Source of the DNA: an uncultured virus (IMG/VR IMGVR_UViG_3300047499_000163)
Taxonomy: Duplodnaviria > Heunggongvirae > Uroviricota > Caudoviricetes
Length of the DNA stretch: 64,000 nt
Direction: 5' to 3' (one strand)
Virus record (IMG/VR): IMGVR_UViG_3300047499_000163
Made by a program: the position numbers and the translations under genes. Position 1 is the stretch's first letter. Each line of letters starts with the position of its first letter. Shown here in pieces: positions 1 through 9,407 of this stretch. The notes under the pieces are model-generated. The model did not search any database. It was not told the origin of the DNA and saw nothing but the letters and a program-made list of their open reading frames with translations.

Positions 1-301
1 TTTCGCAAACGCAGTGTATCCCCAACTAATAAACAACGGGAACCCTGACCAGATCGGGACGGCGCCGAACATCCAATTTGTCAGGGATGTGCTGTGGCTC
101 TGGCTCACGCCATTCACAGCGCAGCTTGCCACCGGAAGAATGCGCAAAGGCACTCTGAGGTGGATGCAACTAGTGCAAGGAGCGACCGGCAACATGACCT
201 TTGACGGTATGACGTGGGTGAGCCTCTCTTCTATTTCCCCGTTGACCGGCATTCCGTTTATCGTGGGGCCATGGGATGGGGCTACTGTGCCGACCTATTG
301 A
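1..301 (+). CDS. C-terminal end of a putative virion structural protein (paralogue 1, truncated by the window edge)
   Basis: Ends NNGNPDQI...GRMRKG...GPWDGATVPTY, matching the C-termini of the next two ORFs. Confidence 0.8.
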   Translation, partial: FANAVYPQLINNGNPDQIGTAPNIQFVRDVLWLWLTPFTAQLATGRMRKGTLRWMQLVQGATGNMTFDGMTWVSLSSISPLTGIPFIVGPWDGATVPTY

Positions 302-307
302 GACACC

Positions 308-2368
308 ATGGGAAACGCCTACACTCTCAACACGACGCTTTTCAACGCCGCGGAGACCTTCTACGGCCATTGGAAGCTAATTCGTACCATGTTGGCAGCG
401 GGTTATCGCTACAGAGCTAGCGGTAATGGCCAATCGTCAGGGGTGAAGGACACAAGCGCCGACTTCCAGAACGATCTTTGGGGCACTGGTGGCGCCGTGC
501 ACTTGCAGAGCGCCAGCCGTGGAACCGGTTCAGGCTCTGGAGTCTCCATAGCGGCAGCCTCTGCGAGCACTGGAAACTCCACGATCTCTGGAGTTTCCGG
601 ATTCACCTCATCGTCTGTGGGCGACTTCCTGGTCATAACCGGCAGCACTGCGACGGGGGGTCCAGGAACCAGCGGCACCAACAACGGGAACTGGAAGATC
701 GTGTCGCAGACGGGCACGACCGTCACGGTCTACGCTCCGGGAATAGTGGCAGAGACCGGGAATGCCAGCCTCTCTACTGTCGAGCAGTACGGAGGAGCTG
801 ACGGTTCCATCACGACCTACGTAGGAACTGGCAGCCCGCTCATCAACTTCACGACCGGTTCGTTTACCGGTTTCACCGCGAGCGATGTCGGCAACAAGCT
901 GACGATCTTGAATTCCGGGTCGGGCAACAACGGCACATACACCATCGCGCAGTTTGTTTCCAACAACAACGTTCTTCTGTACTCGCCGTCCAATACGAAC
1001 GAAACGGCTCCATTCATCACTGCAAGCGATGCTGGAAATCCGACGCTTCAGTGGGTGGTGGTGGACCCGCGCCAGCAAGGATACCCGCTCTACATCTCCG
1101 CCGCCAACGGACAGGGCGCGTGGTACAACCTCTCCGGGCCGCCCACGCTCAAGATCCCCATCGGGTCGAACGTGTCAACCGGGACGTTCATCCGAGGTGA
1201 AAACATCACGCAGACCACGACGGGCGCTCAGGGCGAACTCCTTGGGTATGAGCCTGATGCGTCAGGCGGCACCGGATATTTGGTGGTCTCTCCGCGCCTT
1301 TACGGAACAGGAGCCCAGGCTACGGGTGTCCGAGGTTGGAACGCTTCGAACAACACGGACACCATCACCGGAGCACTATCGGGAGCGACGGTGACAACAC
1401 CTGCGAACTCGACTCCCATCGCGTACATCTCTGAATGGGTCTGGTGGAAGAACAGCGCCACGTTGGGGCACATCTATCATCAACGCATTGACAGGAATCC
1501 TTCCACAGAAGCGGCCACGTCATTCAGCACGGGCCGTTTTTCGACACTGGCCGCATCCGGAACGGTCACATCGCAAGTGGCTCCGGGGTCTGGAGCGAGC
1601 GCAAACCCAACAACCAACGGATTCCCTACAGTAGGGACGTACGTCGTCATCGGCGGGGCCCAAACCGGAAGTGTCACGACCAGCACAGCTTTTTGGACTC
1701 TCAACACTCCGACCGCTGCTGGCAAGTTCCATTGCCTCGTGGCCAACGCAATTGAAAGCTCTGGAGTGAGCGCAGACGGAAGCTGGAAATACCTGCAGAG
1801 TTGTAACTCCACAGGCTACCAGATAATGTCCTACGACCGCATGGACAATCAAGAGGACGGGGATCTGGACCCGTATCTCCACATCTGCGCGTGGAATGGT
1901 ACCCAAAACGGTGCCCCCAACAGGATCACGCAGACTGGAGGTGCCGGATCTAGCACCGACAATATGAACACGGCCCAGTTGTGGCTCAACAACAGTAACG
2001 AGCACCCGGCCCAAGGCTTCCGCCGTCGAGGACTACCCAACGAGACATACAACTATTTCAGTTTCGCGATTCAGTACGACTTTGCGGCGGCTACTTATCC
2101 TCTCACCGCCAACTCAGGCAATCCGGATCAGGTAGCAACCACTGTCTCGACAGTTTACGTCCGAGAAGCTCCTTGGTTCTACGTCACGCCGTATACTGCA
2201 CAACTTTCGGCGGGTCGCATGCGAAAGGGCCAGCCGCGCTGGATTCACATGATTCAGGGTGGCACTGTCAACGCCACACTTGACTCGTTGCAATGGTTCG
2301 TCGGTTCGTCGACAGCCGTTATGCTTGTAGTCGGTCCTTGGGACGGCGCCACCACACCATCGTTCTGA
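308..2368 (+). CDS. Gly/Ser/Thr-rich putative virion structural or fibre-like protein (paralogue 2)
   Basis: 686 aa, beta-rich low-complexity composition, starts MGNA, ends GPWDGATTPSF, collinear with 2376..4718. Confidence 0.75.
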   Translation: MGNAYTLNTTLFNAAETFYGHWKLIRTMLAAGYRYRASGNGQSSGVKDTSADFQNDLWGTGGAVHLQSASRGTGSGSGVSIAAASASTGNSTISGVSGFTSSSVGDFLVITGSTATGGPGTSGTNNGNWKIVSQTGTTVTVYAPGIVAETGNASLSTVEQYGGADGSITTYVGTGSPLINFTTGSFTGFTASDVGNKLTILNSGSGNNGTYTIAQFVSNNNVLLYSPSNTNETAPFITASDAGNPTLQWVVVDPRQQGYPLYISAANGQGAWYNLSGPPTLKIPIGSNVSTGTFIRGENITQTTTGAQGELLGYEPDASGGTGYLVVSPRLYGTGAQATGVRGWNASNNTDTITGALSGATVTTPANSTPIAYISEWVWWKNSATLGHIYHQRIDRNPSTEAATSFSTGRFSTLAASGTVTSQVAPGSGASANPTTNGFPTVGTYVVIGGAQTGSVTTSTAFWTLNTPTAAGKFHCLVANAIESSGVSADGSWKYLQSCNSTGYQIMSYDRMDNQEDGDLDPYLHICAWNGTQNGAPNRITQTGGAGSSTDNMNTAQLWLNNSNEHPAQGFRRRGLPNETYNYFSFAIQYDFAAATYPLTANSGNPDQVATTVSTVYVREAPWFYVTPYTAQLSAGRMRKGQPRWIHMIQGGTVNATLDSLQWFVGSSTAVMLVVGPWDGATTPSF

Positions 2369-2375
2369 AAGCACC

Positions 2376-4718
2376 ATGGGCAACGCACTCACACCCAATC
2401 TAGTCCTCATCAACTCGGGCGAGTATTTCAACGCTGCGTGGAAGCTCACCAGGACGATGCTGGCCGCGGGTTGGAAGTATTTCGCGAGTGGCAATGGCCA
2501 ATCTGGAGGCGTGGTACAAGCAAACCAGAGCGGTTCTGCCGCGACTCTTTCTGCTCCTGCAAGCAATCTCCAGACCCTGAGTGCCATGTCGCCGGCCAAC
2601 ATCACGGCCGCATGCGTTGGTCAAAAGATTACGATCACAGCAGCTGGCGGCACGGGAAACGTCGGGACGTTTCTCATCACGTCGTTTGTCTCTTCTAGCT
2701 CAGTCACGATCTACAACCCGAGCGGTTCTGCGACAACAGGCACGGTCACGTGGAACTTCATACGTGACCCGGCGCTCGACTTGTGGGGAGTCGACGGTGC
2801 AGTCAATCTGCGCAACGTTCCTAGCGGAGGGTCCGGGTCCGGCACCGGAGTCTTCATTGGTGCAGCTACCGCGTCCACTGGTCAGGCCACCATCACCGGC
2901 GTGAGCGGGTTCTCTCAGAATTTGTCGCCCGGCAGATATCTGACCATCACGGGGTCTACGACCTACGTCGCCAACGGCATCCTCAACTACAGCAACAACG
3001 GCAGTTTTCGCATCGTATCTGTGAACGCCGCTGGAACATCAGTCACTGTCTACGCGCCCCACCTACTTGCCGAAACCACAAGCTCTTCGCTGGCTGTGGT
3101 CGAGCAGTATAGCGGCGCGGACGGCACCATCGGGACTTACTCGACCGTTACAACCGGCCAGAGCTATCTGCTCAATTTCACGACCTCTTCGTTCAACAGT
3201 TTCACCTCGGCTGATGTTGGACGCAGGATCACCATCCTCAACGCCGCCTCTGCTGGTAACCAAAGTACATTCACCATCGCGACTGTGGTCAGCTCGAACA
3301 ACGTACTTCTTTACAGCCCCAACGGTGTAGCCAGCGATACTCCGTCCGGCACGATTCAGTGGGTGGAAACGGACCCGCTTCAGCAATCGTACCCAAGCTA
3401 CTTGCAGTCGGCCAACGGGCAGGGAGCCTGGATCGTTCTCCAAGGACCGGCCATTCTGAAGATCCCCATCGGATCGAACTCCGTGACCGGGACGTTCATC
3501 CGCGGCGAAAACCTCACGCAGTCCACGACCGGGGCGCAAGGGGAACTACTCGGTGTGATCACGGACACGACCGGAGGCACCGGGTACCTTGTTGTGGCTC
3601 CGCGCGTGGGAGGCACCGGTGTGCAGGCATCCTCTACTGCCACATGGGGATGGAACAACTCCGCAAACACGGACACCATCTCAGGCTCCATTTCCGGAGC
3701 CACGGTCACCACGCCGGCCAACTCTACTCCCATCGCCTACGTGCACGAGCTTGTGTTCTGGAAGAACACCGCTGCCCAAGGACACATCTATTACCAGTGC
3801 GTCGACCAAAATACGGCGACCGAATCTGCAGTTTCCTTCAGCACGGGCCGTTTCTCACAGATGGCCAATACCCTGACGACGGTTACCGCGCAGCTGTGCC
3901 CTGGGAGCGTAGCCGGCAACAACCCAACAACTAATGGATTCCCGACCGTGGGGACGCTATGCATGTTGGGGACTGGAGGGTCAGGAGCTGCGTCCACTGG
4001 AGCAGCGCAGTGGCCCGTGGCACATACCACCGCTCTCACCTCTCCAGGAAAAGCGCACCTCATCTGCGCGAACAACATCGAGCAGCAAGGGGTCTCCCCT
4101 GACGGCTCGTGGACGTACATGCAGTCCACCGCCTCGAGCGGATACTCTTGCCTCACGATGCAACGATGCGACAACCAAGAGGATGGTGACCTCGACCCGT
4201 ACGTAACGTCGGCGTTCTCTGGCGGATACGGATATAACTCTGGAGGAACTTCTCCAAGCCGCACTGTCAACTCCAACAACTCCAGCGGTTGGAGCGCCAC
4301 CGACAACATGAACTCCGGCCTCGGGTGGTGGAACGATGGCCGGTACGCCGAGGTGTTCCGTGGCTTCCGGCGCCGCGGTCTCCCCAACGAAACGTTTACA
4401 ACGTTCGTAGGATGCCTGCTTTGGGCGCAGTCTTACAGCGTGGGCATCATCTGGACGAACAACGGGTACCCGGACGAGATAGCGACAGCAGTTCAGGTGA
4501 CGAACCTCCGCGAGCCGGTCTGGCTGGCCGCGGGTTGCACCAACAGCGGCGGCGTTGTCAACCCGCGCATGCGGAAAGGAACGCCGCGCTGGTTTATGAT
4601 TACCTGCGCTGTTCCGGCAAACAGCACTCTCGATGGGCAAAAGTGGATCTCGGCTTCGCCCACGACTGCCATGTTCGTCTTCGGACCATGGGACGGAGCG
4701 ACTGTCCCCAACTTCTAA
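2376..4718 (+). CDS. Gly/Ser/Thr-rich putative virion structural or fibre-like protein (paralogue 3)
   Basis: 780 aa; shares LKIPIGSN, GTFIRGEN, DNQEDGDLDPY, GFRRRGLPNET and GPWDGATxP blocks with the upstream ORF. Confidence 0.75.
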   Translation: MGNALTPNLVLINSGEYFNAAWKLTRTMLAAGWKYFASGNGQSGGVVQANQSGSAATLSAPASNLQTLSAMSPANITAACVGQKITITAAGGTGNVGTFLITSFVSSSSVTIYNPSGSATTGTVTWNFIRDPALDLWGVDGAVNLRNVPSGGSGSGTGVFIGAATASTGQATITGVSGFSQNLSPGRYLTITGSTTYVANGILNYSNNGSFRIVSVNAAGTSVTVYAPHLLAETTSSSLAVVEQYSGADGTIGTYSTVTTGQSYLLNFTTSSFNSFTSADVGRRITILNAASAGNQSTFTIATVVSSNNVLLYSPNGVASDTPSGTIQWVETDPLQQSYPSYLQSANGQGAWIVLQGPAILKIPIGSNSVTGTFIRGENLTQSTTGAQGELLGVITDTTGGTGYLVVAPRVGGTGVQASSTATWGWNNSANTDTISGSISGATVTTPANSTPIAYVHELVFWKNTAAQGHIYYQCVDQNTATESAVSFSTGRFSQMANTLTTVTAQLCPGSVAGNNPTTNGFPTVGTLCMLGTGGSGAASTGAAQWPVAHTTALTSPGKAHLICANNIEQQGVSPDGSWTYMQSTASSGYSCLTMQRCDNQEDGDLDPYVTSAFSGGYGYNSGGTSPSRTVNSNNSSGWSATDNMNSGLGWWNDGRYAEVFRGFRRRGLPNETFTTFVGCLLWAQSYSVGIIWTNNGYPDEIATAVQVTNLREPVWLAAGCTNSGGVVNPRMRKGTPRWFMITCAVPANSTLDGQKWISASPTTAMFVFGPWDGATVPNF

Positions 4719-4721
4719 GCC

Positions 4722-5363
4722 ATGGCAGACCTCGGTAAATCACAACTCCGAGCAAACCAGAATGCCGGAAACTCTCCAGCAGGAGTGACTGGCTATCCTT
4801 TGGGCTCGAGGGGCAACACGTACAATTCGCTGAACACGCAGCTCGATCAGCACAACTTTCCTTCACGAGACTTGCTACTCGCCAGCAAAAGCATTACGCC
4901 GGCGGGATCCAATCCTCCCATTCCGAGCAAAGGTAGTCAGCATCAGTATCGACTGGCCAGCGTCTCTGATGCCACGTTCAAGCAGTCCAAGAACATTGGA
5001 CTAATTAGCCCATCCATCACACCCGCGGGCTTCGGGGCGACTGACACGGCAGGACGAGGGTTCCATTACTACAGCCTCGGTACGACGAAGGATTCTCTTG
5101 CTGGTAGAATCGCACGCTCCGGAGGACTCGTCGGAGGCCAAGCGCTCGAGACGGGTCAGACTCAGGGCGAAACTGGCGGACTCCCCATCGCCGGGACGGG
5201 AGGCACAGCCTCTCACTATTACCTGCGCGCCCAAGACCAAGGCTGCTTGCCGACTCTCACGTACGTCTATTGGGTGTCGACGACGGTCTCGTTGAATAGT
5301 TACCTTGGCGTCAAGCCCTGCGGCGGACCGCTCATCAACCTGACGATCCTCGCCAAGTTCTAG
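4722..5363 (+). CDS. Hypothetical protein, probably in the structural operon
   Basis: 213 aa ORF starting 3 nt after the previous stop. Confidence 0.6.
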   Translation: MADLGKSQLRANQNAGNSPAGVTGYPLGSRGNTYNSLNTQLDQHNFPSRDLLLASKSITPAGSNPPIPSKGSQHQYRLASVSDATFKQSKNIGLISPSITPAGFGATDTAGRGFHYYSLGTTKDSLAGRIARSGGLVGGQALETGQTQGETGGLPIAGTGGTASHYYLRAQDQGCLPTLTYVYWVSTTVSLNSYLGVKPCGGPLINLTILAKF

Positions 5364-5599
5364 CTCTCCATGATGTTGATGACGACCTGCATGTCGCAAT
5401 CTTCCTGCAGGCCATTGCAGTTGAGAGCGTCCGGCTGAGGCGGCTTCTTCGGCGTAGCCATCCCGTACTCGTCGTATTTGCCGGTCGTCAACGCGATGGT
5501 ATCGCACCTGTGGCAGTACCACTCGAAGTACGGGACATCATTGCCGTCGCCACCTGAGCCGTTCGTGCTGCCCTGATACGTCCAGTTGTGGGGCTTCAC
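5360..5599 (-). CDS. Small HxW/CxxC/C zinc-finger protein with C-terminal IMES tag
   Basis: HNW...WYCHRC...CDMQVVINIMES*; GTG start 9 nt after the promoter motif. Confidence 0.7.
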   Translation of the reverse strand: MKPHNWTYQGSTNGSGGDGNDVPYFEWYCHRCDTIALTTGKYDEYGMATPKKPPQPDALNCNGLQEDCDMQVVINIMES

Positions 5600-5608
5600 A
5601 TTTGCAAG

Positions 5609-5632
5609 TACAGTGGGGCACAGGCAAGTTAC
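5609..5632 (-). promoter_or_regulatory. Phage promoter motif GTAA-N16-TGTA (leaderless type)
   Basis: Exact 16-nt spacer; GTG start 9 nt downstream. Confidence 0.6.
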
Positions 5633-6463
5633 GTGAACACAGTAGTAATGGTCTCGGGTGGGTTGGACTCGTTCCTCGCAGCGAACCAATTTCCGAAGGC
5701 AAAGCGGGTTTTCGTGGAATGGGGGCAGCCGTATCTCGAGCTGGAACGTAGAGCTGTAGCTCTGCTGCATCCGGGAGCCGAGGTCGTCCGAGTCGACGGG
5801 GCACCGATTCCTGAGGACTGCTATATTCCGGCGCGCAACCTGATGTTCGCCACCATCGGCGTGCGGTTCGGCTCCGAGATCTGCCTGGCCGGAATGCGGG
5901 ATGAGATGTGCGCGGACAAGTCACCCGACGCATTCCGCGACATGACCGACATCCTGACCAAACAATGCAAAAAGCCAACTCGGGTCTTCAGTCCGTTTTG
6001 GAACGTGACCAAGGCGGAGGCGGTCCGTTCTTACCTGGCCAAGGGCGGAGACCCGGAGCTTCTCTGCCAGACGGTCTCCTGCTACGGGAGCGGCCAGAAG
6101 CCGTGTCTCGACTGCGAGGCGTGCTTCAGGCGGTTCGTCGCGCTCGCGTCCAACGGAGTACCCGTCCCGCGGCCGACAGAGGCCGTAGTGCGTGCCTATG
6201 GACTCAACCGTCTGGTGTCTGCCCCGGCTGCCACAGTGCACGACACTCTTCGGGCGCTCCATCTTTCGGGTTCCCCTGTCCACGCTCTTGAGCTGACCGA
6301 GGATATTCTCGAGCACAATCACCCGTACGAAGGACTCCGTGTCGTGTACACGCCCAAGCGCGACGCGCCCTTGAATCTCATCCAGAAGACCCTCGCCGGC
6401 CACGGATTCCCATTCGACGTGGTCCTGACCGGACACTCAGCGCAGCTCTTTCAATTTTCATAG
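5633..6463 (+). CDS. queC: QueC-like 7-cyano-7-deazaguanine synthase (PP-loop ATPase)
   Basis: SGGLDS PP-loop, YIPARNLMF, SPF...TKAE, and the Zn motif SCY...CxxCxxC. Confidence 0.75.
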   Translation: MNTVVMVSGGLDSFLAANQFPKAKRVFVEWGQPYLELERRAVALLHPGAEVVRVDGAPIPEDCYIPARNLMFATIGVRFGSEICLAGMRDEMCADKSPDAFRDMTDILTKQCKKPTRVFSPFWNVTKAEAVRSYLAKGGDPELLCQTVSCYGSGQKPCLDCEACFRRFVALASNGVPVPRPTEAVVRAYGLNRLVSAPAATVHDTLRALHLSGSPVHALELTEDILEHNHPYEGLRVVYTPKRDAPLNLIQKTLAGHGFPFDVVLTGHSAQLFQFS

Positions 6464-6475
6464 GGGATATCCTGT

Positions 6476-7447
6476 ATGAGGCCCTCTGAAGTCGCCCGCG
6501 TATCTCGTCGCATTGCCCAGCAGGTCAACCGCAGCGCGAATCCGTCCCAGGCTTCCATTCAGCAGGACCTGGCTGATTTGCTCCGGGCTGTCGACGGAGA
6601 TGCAGAGGCCACCAAGAGGCTTTCCTCGAAGTTTGCCTCCGGCATTCCAGCACTCGGGCAGCTCGAGCAGGCGTTCGTCGCCGCGGGCCACGAAGCGCCC
6701 GAGATGTACCAGCTCAAGCGCGGAATGTGGATCGGCAATTTCCAGGGAGTTAAAGTCTTCATCCACACCGCGCCGAACGGGGAAGTGCAGAAGGTTTTGG
6801 TCGCCGGCAAACCCGTCCGCAATTGGGATGAGGCAGTACAGTCGGCCGCCTACCACGTCGCGATGGCCGACAACGGCACCCCAGAGGATCCGGAAGACAT
6901 CGAGGAGGCCACGGAGGCAGTCGGGAGCAGTGTCGTCGAGTGTCCGGGATGTCATGGGCCGGTCGACATCGATACTGATTTCCAGTGCAAGAAGTGCGGC
7001 AAGGAATTCGTGTCGTGTCCGGGTTGTGGTCAGCCCTACGAGATGGAAGACAACGAAGACGACCACTGTCCGATGTGCGGATACTCCTCATGGGGAGAGC
7101 TTTCGGAAGACGTCGCCGACGAGTGGATGGCGTATCTGGTCGATGTGGCCAAGAAGGCCGCCGAGACCCGCAAGCCCGTCCCCATCGATTTCCATGGCTT
7201 CAAAGCCCAGGCTGAGGTCAAAGAGAGCCCTGATGGAATGCTCTTCCACGTCGAGACTCCGGACCACAACGACGCCGACAGCAAGAATCTCGAGGTCTTC
7301 CTTCAAAAGCCGATGGCGATGATTGGCGGCTCTCTCGACGAGTACCTATGGAAGAAATACCACGAACTCAAGCCACCGCTCAAGCCCTACAAGGGCGAGA
7401 TGCCTGCCGACCAGGGTCAGCAGGGTCAAGGCCAACAGCAGCAGTGA
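6476..7447 (+). CDS. Hypothetical protein with a multi-CxxC zinc ribbon
   Basis: CPGC, CKKC, CPGC, CPMC; 323 aa. Confidence 0.65.
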   Translation: MRPSEVARVSRRIAQQVNRSANPSQASIQQDLADLLRAVDGDAEATKRLSSKFASGIPALGQLEQAFVAAGHEAPEMYQLKRGMWIGNFQGVKVFIHTAPNGEVQKVLVAGKPVRNWDEAVQSAAYHVAMADNGTPEDPEDIEEATEAVGSSVVECPGCHGPVDIDTDFQCKKCGKEFVSCPGCGQPYEMEDNEDDHCPMCGYSSWGELSEDVADEWMAYLVDVAKKAAETRKPVPIDFHGFKAQAEVKESPDGMLFHVETPDHNDADSKNLEVFLQKPMAMIGGSLDEYLWKKYHELKPPLKPYKGEMPADQGQQGQGQQQQ

Positions 7448-8355
7448 TGCTCCTCATCGGGTCGCGAGCGACCAAGTTCCATCTTTCCGAGGCGCGCAGC
7501 CCGCTGGATTGGGACTTCATCGCTCCGCCCGAAGAACTGGCCAGATTCTACAAGAATCCTGAACTCCGGCCTGTCGGAAAGCACGATGGGCCCAAGCGCG
7601 ACTTTGCGTACGGACGCACGTACGTGGAGGTCGAGTTGGCTCTCCCGGGTTCTTCCGCCGAGGCTCTCCTTTGGGAGCATGATGGGATGCAGGACACGCC
7701 GTTCGGGCCGGCTTACGTAGCAAGTTTGGACGCCCTTCTACTCCTGAAGCAGTCTCACATTGGCTTCCGCAGGATGTGGCCCAAGCACTTCGCCGATTAC
7801 AAGTTCTTGCAGGCGCACGTGGGGACCATCCCCGTGCGGATGCAACCGATCCTCGACAAACGCGTCGAGGAAACCAAGAAACGTCTGCGTTTTCGGGACA
7901 GAAAGTTCGACATGCCGAACAAGGCATTCTTCGAACAGAGTGCCACCCGTGTGAGGCGCGTCGTCGAACACGACAGCATTCACGAGGCCATCAAACTGGG
8001 TGATGTGCCCGTTTACAAAATGATCAAGGAGGACCAGTCCTCTGCGGCGGTCCTCTTCTCGAAGTTCCAGGAATTGCCCTTCGATCTGAAGGTCAAAAAC
8101 ATGCAGGAAGAATGCATGGCACTCGTCATAGAGCGCCACGCCATCCCTGCCCACCTCGCGAAAGAGCCCATGCGCGAACGCAAATGGGTCGAACTCATCT
8201 TGCGCGGGATGTGCTTCAACTATTTGCCGTTCGACTTCCGGCAGTTCTGCGTAGACTACTTCGAAGTCATCCGCGACACGCTGCCCTGGGGCTTCACCAA
8301 ACGAGCAATCGATCAGCTGATGCCGCAGGCTGCCCTGGCTTCCACCGGGTCGTAA
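7447..8355 (+). CDS. Putative phage nucleotidyltransferase-fold protein
   Basis: N-terminal LIGSRA...DWDFI (GS plus DxD motif), LKQSH, HDSIHE; TGATG overlap with the upstream stop. Confidence 0.55.
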   Translation: MLLIGSRATKFHLSEARSPLDWDFIAPPEELARFYKNPELRPVGKHDGPKRDFAYGRTYVEVELALPGSSAEALLWEHDGMQDTPFGPAYVASLDALLLLKQSHIGFRRMWPKHFADYKFLQAHVGTIPVRMQPILDKRVEETKKRLRFRDRKFDMPNKAFFEQSATRVRRVVEHDSIHEAIKLGDVPVYKMIKEDQSSAAVLFSKFQELPFDLKVKNMQEECMALVIERHAIPAHLAKEPMRERKWVELILRGMCFNYLPFDFRQFCVDYFEVIRDTLPWGFTKRAIDQLMPQAALASTGS

Positions 8356-8549
8356 TATCGACCCGGACGAACGCGCTTGAAGCCGCGAAGCTCCGATTCC
8401 TTCTTGACGCCGAAGACGAACGGGTTCTTGCCGTCGACGACCACCCAGTACAGGATGCCGGAGTCGTGCGACGCGCGAGCCTGCCTAGCCGGCACGGCGA
8501 AGAGTGCGAACACCGCGAGGATGAGCGAGAGGAACGTCCGCCTGAGCAT
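8313..8549 (-). CDS. Small secreted or membrane-anchored protein
   Basis: MLRRTFLSLILAVFALFAVPARQARA signal-like N-terminus. Confidence 0.5.
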   Translation of the reverse strand: MLRRTFLSLILAVFALFAVPARQARASHDSGILYWVVVDGKNPFVFGVKKESELRGFKRVRPGRYYDPVEARAACGIS

Positions 8550-8577
8550 ACCGGCCGATACGACGCCGGCGCGGAAC

Positions 8578-8808
8578 TTACGACGTGTGAATTTTGTACG
8601 CGATGTATTCGTCGCAGTCCATCGAGACTCCGGGCAGGCGAAACTGGTCTCGGTTGCCCGTCATCTCCATCAGTACCACGCGCTTGTCCGCATCTGGTGC
8701 TGTGGGTCCAAGGTGTTTCCAGCCGCAGCGCGTGCAACTCCACGTGTGCTCAGGAGCGGGTGGGATCCCATTCCAGCAGGCGTCGAGTTGCCACTTATGC
8801 TGGCTCAC
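8578..8808 (-). CDS. Small zinc-finger protein with C-terminal IHTS tag
   Basis: HKW...WSCTRC...CDEYIAYKIHTS*; GTGA overlap with the upstream stop. Confidence 0.7.
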   Translation of the reverse strand: MSQHKWQLDACWNGIPPAPEHTWSCTRCGWKHLGPTAPDADKRVVLMEMTGNRDQFRLPGVSMDCDEYIAYKIHTS

Positions 8809-9005
8809 GACTCGTGAATGTCCTTGGCGATCTGCTCGTAGCAATCGGGCTCAATACCGGCTTTCTTCGCCGCGTCGAGCATGGAACTCTTGTCGTCAAA
8901 GACGTCCTTCTGGATGGGACCCTTGCCGCACCTGGTGCACGTATAATGCCGGTACCGGTCGTTGCGCGGCTGCTTCGCTGCAAGTTCCCAGGTGTGGGCG
9001 GCCAT
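8805..9005 (-). CDS. Small zinc-finger protein with C-terminal IHES tag
   Basis: HTW...YTCTRC...CYEQIAKDIHES*. Confidence 0.7.
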   Translation of the reverse strand: MAAHTWELAAKQPRNDRYRHYTCTRCGKGPIQKDVFDDKSSMLDAAKKAGIEPDCYEQIAKDIHES

Positions 9006-9006
9006 A

Positions 9007-9395
9007 TCAGCTCCTCGGAGGTGTCAGAGGGAGGAAGGACACCAGCTTGACCTTACCTGCCTCCTCGGCGACTTTGTAGAAATACTTGTCGTAGCCAAGG
9101 CTGCAGTAGATTTCTTTGTCCCAAAGAATGATCCAGTGACGACAGCTCAAGCCGGTCCACTTGACGTTGATGAGGCAAGGGTCAGTGGCAGGCTTCTTCG
9201 AGGAGATTACAATGCGTTTGTCGGGAACTTGCCAGCCCCGAGAGCGAAGCACACGAATCATGTCGCGTGTCCAGGTCTGACGCCTGTGACCGAAAAACTA
9301 CACGATTCGTCGAGCGAGACGTTCTCGAGCATGGCCACGGCGCACTGGCCGCAAAGGTTCGAATCGCGCGGCTGCAGCACCCAGTTAAGACTCAT
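9007..9395 (-). pseudogene. Frameshifted C39-like cysteine peptidase-fold protein
   Basis: LQPRDSNLCGQCAVAML in one frame, HWIILWD in another; break near 9280-9300. Confidence 0.4.
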
Positions 9396-9407
9396 GGATG
9401 TACTGCA

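Noticed and set aside
302..4725. Kozak-like ACCATGG/GCCATGG at three consecutive starts, suggesting a eukaryotic virus
   Set aside because: Explained by paralogy and tight stop-start spacing; the rest of the window has bacterial Shine-Dalgarno sites and overlapping operons.
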